Source of the DNA: Podospora anserina
Lineage: Eukaryota
Assembly (NCBI GenBank): GCA_017654855.1
Contig: CM030336.1
Location: 558,001 to 622,000, forward strand
Length of the DNA: 64,000 nt
Direction: 5' to 3'
Below are positions 36,925 to 47,415 of the stretch, piece after piece. A program made the position numbers and the translations under genes. The notes beneath the pieces were generated by a model, which did not search any database, had not been told where the DNA came from, and worked only from the letters and a program-made list of their open reading frames with translations. How positions within the stretch are numbered: position 1 is the first letter of the stretch; every line of letters begins with the position of its first letter.

Positions 36925-37456
36925 ATGGGCGGGATGACTGCCGTGGACGGCGTTCGGGTTGAGGAATTTGGTGAGAATGTGGTAGTCTTTCGTCGCGATT
37001 CAATTGTTCGATTGTGAGTCGTTGCTGTAAGCTTTGGAACTGTCACGGCGGTTGGCCGGTGATGCTTGATCGATATAGAATTGAAACTAAAAAAGGGGGC
37101 TTGTGGACTCCAGGGGACCGCTGCCCCTTTTAACCGCAGCGCTCCCAAAGCTGTAGGATTGTAGGGAGCGAAAGTTTTGGCACCCTACCAGGTACTGACC
37201 AGGGGGTCCACTTTTCTTCGAAACTGTCCGCAGCCACCAAAATTTCTATCCAAAAAGCCTTTTTTCCCAATATCAAACCCGACCGCCATTATACTACGAG
37301 TTCCAGGAATTAGTACTGCACACCTTACTACTGAAGACTGGGTCGCGGTCTGGACTTTGTTCTTTATTAGAGGACCTATAAGGGCTCAGATTCAATTATT
37401 ATTATTCCTGCTCCGTTCTACCCTAAAAGAGTGTGCCGGTCCTGCTGATGCTATTT

Positions 37457-37864
37457 TGTGACGAACCCCTATCCAGAACCTCTGAAAGGGATACACAGTT
37501 GAAGGTAAACTCTAGATGATGGCTTGGTGCAGCCAAAAGGTGCACAACAATGGACTTGTCTTAATGTAATCAAAATGCGTGATAAACACTTGTACAGATG
37601 TACTTGTATTGCATACTGCAGAACTATCTATGAGCTATCTAGTTCCTCCGTATATATAAACCATGCCAAGCCCCTGATCGTTAATCATTATTAATGATCA
37701 GTGATCCTGATCATTTAATCAATATCAATGATCAGTGATCCATAGTTGATCATTTCTTCCTTTCCTTGATCAACTCCTGGTTGGCTATCGTGCGTGATTG
37801 GTTAACTTTTATCCTGGTTCTGATTGGTCCACTCGTCCCAGGATCCTGCACCAGGGTTGTGACA
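37457..37864 (-). mobile_element. 408-bp solo LTR, TSD TATTT (gypsy-type, crapaud-like)
   Basis: The minus strand reads TGTCACAACCC...GGGGTTCGTCACA, with TATTT at 37452-37456 and 37865-37869. The family name is an inference. Confidence 0.92.
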
Positions 37865-39269
37865 TATTTACATAGAAAAAGTCGTGCCCTGAGGCCGGGT
37901 GAAAAACCTAAATCGGTAACAAATAGGAAACTATTCTAAGGAAAGTAGCCAGTTGGTTGCGAAATAAGAGAAAGGCCCTGTATAAGGCTTTGAAAACTAG
38001 TTATCCTCGACTTCAGCTCCGGCCGCCTCTTCCGCCTCTTCCTCTCCTGCCAGTACGCCCCCCTACTCCAGTTCCAGCTTCCTCGTGTGAGAGTTGTCGT
38101 TATGGTTGATACTTGAGTGGTAGAAGCAGCTCAGAGGCAATGTTATCAAAGAGGTTAAACGTATATTGAACTCTGAACCAGCCATTGATTAGTGGCTGGT
38201 TCCCAGGCATATATATATCCCTATCTATCCCGCTGTTCTATGCCTTCCTTTGAGGGCCCCCGGTGCGGGTATGGTTCCGCATCCGGCGAACAGCCTTTGA
38301 CTGGTTTCAGGAGACAAAGCAGCGTGGGCGATGCGCCGAGCCACAGTCAACCAGCCCACCAGCTCCCGAGCTCCCCTCTAGGCTGAAGCGCTTCCCGGCA
38401 TGTGACAAGCCCTCTTCCAGAGACTGATCTTTTGACATATCGGATTTTGAGGTAAATTAGCAATACGGCCATAGCGTTAGCGATATTCACCAGCCACAGG
38501 TCAGGGGTTTGGTTGCCATACAATTACTACAAAAACAAAACTCCTTTGTTGTGCCTGTAAGGTAGGATTTCCAGTGCCCGGGTCGGACTTTATTTCATCA
38601 ACGTCATTAGCTACAGAGTAACTCTCTGATGGTGATGGCTTTCTTTACTGGGTCTCGGTTTCTCAGGAGGTATGGCGCGCCGGGCGCAATTGCAATAGCA
38701 ATGAGAAGTATTGTAACCTTTAACACACTGCGCCTGAAGCGCTTGCGCCTTCTCACCACCTTAGATGTCTCCATTCGGCCGGCAAGAAGGTGGTAGCGAT
38801 GGGAGAATACGGCAACGATAGGAGGTTTATTACAACGACGAATTCTTCGATCAACACCACACTAGCGCTAGCGCGCGCCTATCATGGCCTTCACTTGGCC
38901 CCGCACCGTAGCTGTGGTGCCCTTAATGAGCCACAGGCTGTGATGACAACGCGGAATTACAAGGCAAAATCTGGATTTCCAGACCCTTTTTGCTCTGGAA
39001 AATCTCCAACGCAAATCGAGCCTGAAGAGCGTGTCCTGTTGGTCAAATCTAAAAATATGGGCCTAGCGTTACGGGATCAAAATGCAGAGCAAAGTTACGT
39101 GCGGAAATGATTACGGACCAAAAAATCACATCTTGGAATTTGCCTCGTAAGACGTTACGAGACAATAGTTACGGAGCAAAAGATCGCGCTCTAACACGCC
39201 TCTGCCAATCATACGCATAGATCTTGGTCGTTGGGTCGCCGGGAGTCCTTTTGAGCAAGATCTAGCCTG

Positions 39270-40565
39270 GCAGGCTGATTTACTGCATCTATTACGGCCC
39301 TAACCGAATCAAGGACGTTGTGCAGCTAGGCACTTACGACTTGGTTATCACTCCGTCATAAGCGAGCTCGATGCGCGCCTCAAGAGAAAGCCCGGTATCT
39401 ACCCTCTCTGGAGGAGATTGGGTGGTTCCGTATAGTTCTCGATGAAGCCCACACCATTCGAGAGCTAAACACGCTGTCATTCAAGTCGATCTGCCGGCTA
39501 CAGGCTAACCGCCGTTGGGCAGTGACGGGAACACCGGTTTAGAACAAACTTGAGGATCTTGCATCCCGTTTTGCGTTCCTGCGTCTGAAGCCATGTAACG
39601 AGAGGAGTAAGTTTATCCAGTACATAAATGCTCCCTTCAAGGCTGCCGACCCCGACATCGTGCCCAAGCTTCGCGTTTTGAATGACACTATCACAATTCG
39701 TCGCCTAAAGGACGAGATCGAACTTCCGGAGCGGACAGACGAGATTGTTCGTCTCGACTTTACGCCCGAGGAGCGCAGGGTCTATGACATTTTCAAGAAG
39801 ATGGCCGAGGCACGAGTTCAGGTTTTGACGGGTCAGGGTGTCGGCCAGACCCGCATTATGGGTGGCAAGACCATGATATACGTCCTGCGGTCCATTCTTC
39901 AGCTTCGTCTGGTTTGTGCGCACGAGAAATGTCTGCTGAATGATGACGGCTTTCAAGAGATTCAAGGCATGTCGGCTGATGCGCCCATCGATCTTGACAG
40001 TGGCGACGACGACGAAAAGCCGGCACTCGGCAAGGCTTATGAAATGTTGTACCTAATGCAGGAGGGTCGCAGTGACTACTGTATCAAGTGCAGCAACAAA
40101 CTCGGTTCCATTGAGGTGGACGACCCAGAGTCGGATCAGAAGGATGACATCTTAGGTTACATGGCTCAGTGCTTCCATGTCTACTGCCCAACTTGCATTA
40201 AGTTGGTGAATCGGCACGGGAATGGCGAGCTGCAACAAACTGCCCTGCCTGCGCTTACGCCCAGAAGGCTCAGTGCATTGAACTTCGCTGCAGCAAAGCC
40301 AATATCGAGCACAAAACCCACCAGGCAAAGACACAGGCGGGCAAGATCGTTCCAGATGGCCGGTATGCCAGACCTCATACCAAGATCCGGGCTTCGGTAG
40401 AAGAGCTTCTAACCAACAAGGCCCGGAGCGAAGCGAATCAGGATGAGCCGCCGTACAAATCAGTTGTCTTCTTCGGCTGGACCTCCTACCTTGATCTTAT
40501 CGGATTCGCCCTAGACAATGCCGGTATCACGCACACTTGCCTTGACAGAAAGATGTCCCGCATTG
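39270..40565 (+). pseudogene. Internal fragment of a RAD5/RAD16/HLTF-like SNF2 helicase with RING finger
   Basis: WFRIVLDEAHTI, RRWAVTGTPV*NKLEDL (TAG at 39540 where CAG is expected), ILQLRLVCAH, RING CIKC...CFHVYCPTC and KSVVFFGWTSYLDLI. It has several frameshifts and lacks both termini. Confidence 0.88.
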
Positions 40566-40871
40566 CCTCCACTTGCTGCTCAGTATCAGCACAGTAGCCG
40601 CAACTGCATTGTGTCTGTCGGCTTCGGCATTGCAGGCAGTGGCGCAGCATTTATTGGGGGCCTCACAGACCGATTAGTGTTTTCTCTTTGCAGTTAGCAA
40701 GTCTTCGGCTCAGATTAATAAGGGCGGCTATTCATCTCTATGTAGGAGGCCTTTATTCCTACAGGATATCGTCCATTCGAGGTGCTAGGGGACAGCTTCC
40801 CCTTTCTTTAATTGTTAATATAATGGCGTTGATTATTAAGAGGTATTAGAGTATAGAGCTATATTTAAGGG

Positions 40872-41209
40872 TGTCACGACCCTAATACCATACGGGGCGC
40901 AGGACATCTCTCCGACCAATCAGTAAATAGCCAATAGGAAGAGAGTTACCATTATCACAGGTAAAGACAGTGATAATCGGCATTATCACCAGTGAAGGAA
41001 GTGAACACTTAGTCTATATATATGGAGGAACTAGACGGCTATAGATAGTTCCGCAGTTTACAATACAAGTACAAGTTCTAGTACGAAGCTTACGAATACA
41101 TTGAGACAAATCTATTATCGTGCACCCCTTAGCTACACCGATCCATCATCTAAAACTTCGCCTTCAGCAGTATATCCCTTTCAAAGGTTCTAGACAGGGG
41201 ATCGTCACA
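40872..41209 (+). mobile_element. 338-bp solo LTR, TSD AAGGG (same family as 37457-37864)
   Basis: Ends are TGTCACGACCC...GGGGATCGTCACA, with AAGGG at 40867-40871 and 41210-41214. The 3' half is shared with the other copy. Confidence 0.92.
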
Positions 41210-42462
41210 AAGGGGCGCTATACTTCCCAGTCACCTCCTTTAGGCATACTTTAAACCCGCATCTACTCTACCACGGCCGCCATACTATAGCGGTCTCTAG
41301 GCAAACAACGATGCCCGTTGGCGCTTGGGGAAAAGAGGCGTTTCGTTCCCTTTACAACGGACGCTATTAAGGCCATATCTTGGAGACTCCACAGACTTAA
41401 CTAGTCTCAACGATTAGCCACACCTTAATACTCGATTATCTCACCGTGCTCGATCTCTCAGCGAGGGAAACTCGCTATTCCTGCCTATGTCTTATCGCCA
41501 TTCCAGCCCGGCAAAGACCTGGGATCTAGTACGGGCAGACAAGCCTATGCAAACCCTCGCCCAAGATTTCACCTAATCTACCAATTGCTTTTTCCACGAT
41601 ACTTGAATTTATAGGCCAAGATAATCTTGCAGCTGCACAGAGTTGCCAGGCGTCCAAACCGGCCAGCTCCAAAGTCGTATAAACGTTGCTTACTTACCGC
41701 TTCCCTCCAGCTTCTCCCCTTTAGTCACCGTAGCTTATATTGCGATATTTAAAGCTTATCTCTTACAGCAAGGCCACCTGTCGGCCCTGTTATCCCGCTA
41801 TGTCGGCGCTGGTGGACCTCCATCCCTCGTGGGTAGTGGAACGTTCTTCGCACAGTCGAGTCGTGAAAGGTACGTGCTTAAGTCCGTGGTACGCATAAAC
41901 CAAGTAGACTAGCAGAATTCGACACGCTGGGCACCGAAATCGAATTCGTTAAGTGGAAGCGCAAGCAAATGGCTGGCTGGTCTCCGAGCGAGCGATCGAC
42001 TGGTGCAATGGATTGACTCGGCTGATGATGACCTAAGTCCGCAAGGGTGTAGCAGCGGTGATGGTTTCGTCGGGACGGAAGATCTGGAGGCTGCTAAAAT
42101 TTGCTTGCCGATGGTGCTCCGAGAAGCTCTTAGGGAGCTGGTGAGAGCTGTTGAGGGTTGCCAGGATCTCGGCCTATAGATGCGAAGGAAATAGCTACTA
42201 GACAATCTTGCAGTATACAACTCACAATCACAAGTTCTGGGAACAAGCACTTGCGAGAGACAATTCCCTGCCAAGCGGATAAGAACTTATATGAACTTCA
42301 GTTGTCGACTTTGAACCTCTTTTCAATGGTGAATCGTCGCAGTGACAGTTATTTTCCGATGATGCTGAAAATAACATGAACAGCAAAGAGGCTGGGGTGC
42401 CAGTTGTTATTGCGACACCCCATAAGCGAGTCCGAAAACGGCAAAAAGTTTCTCTCGACGGA

Positions 42463-42607
42463 ACAATACAAGTCACATTCGTTGGTATCAGATTATTGTG
42501 ATTGAGACAAGCCATTTTTGTGCACTGTTTAGCTGCGCTGAACCATTGTCTAGAAGCACCTTCAACTGAGTATCTCTTTCAGAGGTTCTGGATCGGGGTT
42601 CGTCACA
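42463..42607 (+). mobile_element. 5'-truncated LTR fragment of the same family
   Basis: CAATACAAGT...TTGAGACAA...CCTTCAACTGAGTATCTCTTTCAGAGGTTCTGGATCGGGGTTCGTCACA matches the 3' ends of both solo LTRs. Confidence 0.85.
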
Positions 42608-42973
42608 GATAAGCAGTATGTTGGTTTATATGACGTTTCAACTAGGCCTTGACCTTGACTTGCAAATTCGGTATTCGAACTTAAGCTGGTTAATTTGGAC
42701 ATTTCAAAATCAAACACATTTTTTCCAAGCTGAAATTGCCAGGGGGTAGAGTGGAAGAGGCAGTGCTGCTTCTAACTACACAGCCCACCCAAGTCCAAAA
42801 GCGGCAATACATTTCCCTTGACCGGGAAGAACAACGGTGGGCTCTCTCAGACAAAGATTTCTCGTCAGCAGGATGCACACCAGGCGCGTTTGGGGAGGGG
42901 GAGCAATTCACAAGTTCGGATACCTTGAATCTGAAACAATCCAGACGGCCCAGGAAATTCCACTGTTGCATTC

Positions 42974-43402
42974 TTACATCATTCCCCCATCTCCGCACAC
43001 GTCGTGACTCCGCTTCAGGACCTTGTTACCCGTGTCCAACGCCGGGTCAAATGCAACCCTCGGTTTGTACGCATGTCGAGGCTTTGGCGCCTTGAGGAGG
43101 ATGCCCTTTATCTTCCCTCCTTCGGCAGAAGTAGGTTTGCTCGGCTCGGCAGTATGGAAATGGCTGACGGCGAGGACCATCACAAGCAGTGCGGCCCCTC
43201 CAACGAGAAACTCAACCGGGGAGGTCTTGCTGCGAAGCCATACCATGGGGACCAGCCCCTTGAGCGCCAAGATGGCCATCTCGACGAAGGCCTCGCCCGA
43301 ACTGGGGACCCGGTCGTGGTGTGGCTGACTTGAGATCATGGCGGAGATGAATCGAACGAAGTTATCTACTACAATCATCACCGTAACCATGGTTGTGTCC
43401 AT
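42974..43402 (-). CDS. Possible small hypothetical membrane protein
   Basis: A 142-aa ATG ORF with a hydrophobic segment FLVGGAALLVMVLAV; no family recognised. Confidence 0.3.
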   Translation of the reverse strand: MDTTMVTVMIVVDNFVRFISAMISSQPHHDRVPSSGEAFVEMAILALKGLVPMVWLRSKTSPVEFLVGGAALLVMVLAVSHFHTAEPSKPTSAEGGKIKGILLKAPKPRHAYKPRVAFDPALDTGNKVLKRSHDVCGDGGMM

Positions 43403-44951
43403 GTCGCCCGCCCCCTTTTACAAGCAGAGGTCCTACAGCATATGGTAGTCGGTATTGTCCCGCCTCGTGCCGTTAGTATTGTCAACGCCACGTGAGGTCT
43501 TTGTATCCACTACCAACGTGGCCAGTGGTCCATGTGGTTTTGCTTTGTTGTTCGAGCGCTTGTGTTCGGTTCGGTAGATCGTCGGCCGTTGGGTATTGAC
43601 GACATGCCCCTGCTTGAACCCAGTTCTGGTTGACAGACAGGGGGTAAGGTGCCAAGGGAGCCTGAACTTTGGTTCGCAAGCCTTGGTTTTTTCTGCTGCT
43701 GGTGGTGGCTATTCGGCTATGGATGATGAGCTGGAGAGTCCTTGATCCTGTGGGAACTTTTTAGTGGTCGGTCCTATTACGTTTGCAGTCCAGCATGCGA
43801 GGCAGTGGTACATTACGCAGGGGCCGGTTGGGTGGCTCCTTTGGATATTTGGGTGAGGAGGAGGTCCAGACTTGCCTTGAGAGAAGGCGATCGTTTCCCA
43901 ACCTTTCAAGGCGCGATCGAAGTTTGTGTGATCTCTTCGGGAGAGCAGCATCACCATGCTCATGGGCCATGCTCATGTTGGTCCGGCGGGGAGCTTATCG
44001 TATCGCTTCTGAGGGGAACTGCGCAGTGCTTTCCCTATGAAGTGTGGGATTGGCGAGGTTCCATTTTCTGGGGGCGGAGACGGAGTGGGAGACAAGATTT
44101 GATAAGTATCGAAATTGGAGGGGGGATTCGGTGATCTGCATTCCTCGTTTCTGAAACAGGCAGATAAACTCGATGCCGGCCAGACGCCTGCTACGGTGCT
44201 TGAAAAGAGAGGGGGGACCCATGCAGCGGGGAGAGGGGGGGGGCCTGCAGCGAGGTGGCCGCTATCACGGAAGGATGTGCCAGGTAAATTTGACAAGGTG
44301 CCAATCTCGTGTTGTGCTCGGCGTGATTCCTGCCCACGTTCTGTCCCGTCTTGCAGTTCTTTTCTCGCGCTATTGACGGTGGGCGTGTTCCAACTTTTCC
44401 GTGACTGTCTTTTTGCTCCGAAGCGGCAGCCCGGAGTTTATGTGAGTTTCTTCTGGTGATGGATGCACTGCACTGACGGTGGACTGGAACAACGGGAGAC
44501 CTCTCGGGACAGACAGACACAAACACGCCCACCCCCCCCCCCCACCCCACCGCCGGGTTGGCCGTGCATGTGCCGGGGTTGGCAGAGAATGATAAGAGGG
44601 GCTAGTCCGGGAATGGCATAGTTCCAGGAACCGAACCGACGATCCCTTCCCGAAACATGGGGACGACATGGGTGCTAACCGTTGTTGTCCAGACCCCCAA
44701 TGTCACCCAGCTGTGGGGCTCGGTTGTTGCTTCTTCCAAGTGCCACTCATCACAGCGAAACCTAGCAGGTTTTCTTCAGTCACCAGCATGCTGACACCAC
44801 ATACAATACCGACAGCCCCGCGGCGATGTCTCTCCTGTCTCTTCTCCTCCTCCTTGATGCCACTCCGGAGTCTTCACTCGTTCGTCTCTAGAAGCTGGCT
44901 TCCCTCGTTATACCCTCCTTTTGAGAAGATACAATACCACTAACAGTCATA

Positions 44952-44981
44952 AACAACAACAACTACTACAACAACAACAGC

Positions 44982-45027
<46 letters not shown>
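44952..45027. repeat. (CAA)n microsatellite upstream of the Gly/Ser-rich gene
   Basis: About 25 slightly imperfect CAA units. Confidence 0.95.
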
Positions 45028-45095
45028 CGTCCAACACAGCAAGCATGTGGCCTTGATCATCCTTCTATTCATTTCGCAAATCTGGAGTCACAAGA

Positions 45096-47002
45096 ATGCA
45101 TCTTCCAACCTCTGGCCAAGAGCTAGAGAAAAGGGACATCAAGGAGTTCTGGAACAAGCTCATCAGCCCATGGTGCAAGACGTTTCCCAAGTCGCTGGGA
45201 TGTCCCAAGCCTGAGGAGCCCGCCCCCCAGCCGGAGCCGAGCCCGACGACACCCACGCCGACGAACCCTCCATTGGAAGCCCCCGTGGTGCCGGTGCCCG
45301 CGCCGGTTCCTACCACGCCGGCATCGGCCCCGGATACGGAGAAGCCTCCTGTCAACAATACTCCGGTTACTAATCCAGTCAAGACACCAGTGGAGGACCC
45401 GCCAAAGAACAGTGCGCCTACGCCTGGGAACTCGGGAGGTGGAGGAGGGTCAGGAAATGGGTCGGGCAATGGGTCTAGTCCTGGAACAGGATCTGGTGCA
45501 GGGAACGGGTCGGGCGGTGGTTCCGGCAATGGCTCGGGGAATGGTTCAGGTAGTGGGTCGGGTTCAGGATCAGGTTCGGGCTCAACTCCCAGCCCTGGTG
45601 TAGGACAGGGTTCTGGTTCTGGTTCTGGTTCGGGTTCAAATCAAGGATCGAACCCAGGGACTGGCTCCGGCTCCGGCTCCAGCAATGGGTCTGGTTCAGG
45701 ATCGAGCTCTGGCAATGGCTCTGGTTCGCCAACCCCAACCTCTGGGAACTCCAACTCTGGATCTTCTGGCTCGGGTTCATCTGGCAATGGCAACTCAGGA
45801 TCCAACAGCAATTCAGGCAATGGCAACCAGGGAGCCGGCTCAACAACAACAGGGCCCCAAAAGGCGTTCCCCTCCACCGCAGGAAACGCCCTCTTGGCTG
45901 TGGATGGCACCCAGGACGGACAGAACCAAGTCACCCAGAAAGGCGCCGACTCAGCCACAGGCGGCGGCTATGTTCCTGGTTCAGATTACACCTCCACCGA
46001 CGAGTTTGGTTACACCTATCATGGCGAGCTTGACCAGAACTCAGGGGGCGTTCGCGGGACGTCAGGAACAGGCACCAACAACGGCTCTAATCCCGGCAGT
46101 AACGACAACACCAATAACCCCAACGAGAAAGGCTCCAGCCCCATGATCGGCATCATCGGAGCCATAGTCTGTCCGTCTTTCCCTTCATCCATCCCTTCTG
46201 TCCCCTCTTACTAACACCTCTTCCAGCCCTCCTGGTAGTGCTCCTCCTCCTCATCGCCCTCCTTTACCGCTACCGCCGCACCCGCCGCGTCCAAGCCTTC
46301 CTGGCAAGATGCACCCCCTTCAAAATCGCCCCTTACAGCAAGAAGGAAAAGAAACGCTCATCAATGGGCAACGGCCTCTTATTCAGCGACGTCGGTGATG
46401 CAGCTGACTCGGCAATGTACGAGAAGCGAAGCAGCATGAACTACGGCACCACCACTGGCCCCCCTCCCCCAGTCTCCTCATCGGTTACTCTCCCCGCCGC
46501 AGCCACGATCCCCCCCCTCAGGCTGGATTGCGCCCCTAGTAACAACAACAACAACAACAACAACAACAACTTAACCCTAATGGACAAACGCGCCTCCTCC
46601 CCCACGAGCGGTCTGCTCATTGATTTTTCCCCTCTGACGCCAGGATTGCCAACTATTCCGTCTCCGACGATCCCCCGGCGGTCGAGTCAGGATTCCATCG
46701 GGGCGGCGAGTATAGCCTCTAGCGGGGTGTTTTCCCCTTCGTTGATCAGCTGGCCTATGCCGCCTTCTACGCCAGGGAATTCAAGACCGACGACGGGAAC
46801 GGGGTGTAACTGGCCGGTGTTGCAGCCAGAGACGGTGCCGGCTGTGCCCCCGGTTATTCAACAGACATCTGCTGCTGCTGCTAGCGCACCGCCTTCGAGG
46901 CCGACAACGGGGGGCTCGCACAGATACAGTCTTATGCCTGTTATCAAGCCTGCTCAGCCGGCGCTGCTGAGCAATTGGGTTAAGCCCAAGGGGTGGGATT
47001 AG
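45096..47002 (+). CDS. Single-pass membrane protein with Pro-rich and Gly/Ser/Asn-rich N-terminal region and Pro/Ser-rich tail
   Basis: Exons 45096-46170 and 46227-47002 splice to give the TM MIGIIGAIVSLLVVLLLLIALLY, followed by basic RYRRTRR. Confidence 0.8.
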
Positions 47003-47415
47003 CAATGACTTGTGGGGGGGTGTCTATCAAACAAGTGACAAGTGGGAAAGGTGAAGAGGGAGAGGAGGGGGAAACATGGTTGTCATGATAATCTACTTTA
47101 CCTACCTTATTTATGATGAGATCAGTGTGTAATATTAGGAGATGGAGAGAGAAGGAGGGGGGGGGAAGGGGGGGGGTTAATACTGTGGTTTTGGGTTTTT
47201 GGGGTGTAATTCTTGGTCCTCTGGTCTTTGGGGGGGGGGACATACATATCACTTTTTATATATCTTCTTATTGGTTCTTTTGTACCTACTTGCTGATGTC
47301 AAAATAACTGATGGAATGGGGATTCATATTCTCATATTCTCTTATACACTCGAGCAAACTTCTAGCTGTCTTGCCTTTTTCCAATGTCACGCCAGCCCAG
47401 GCAGCATCAGCATCA

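Noticed and set aside
41215-41900. Decayed coding-like sequence on the minus strand
   Set aside because: Multiple stops and no recognisable family motif.
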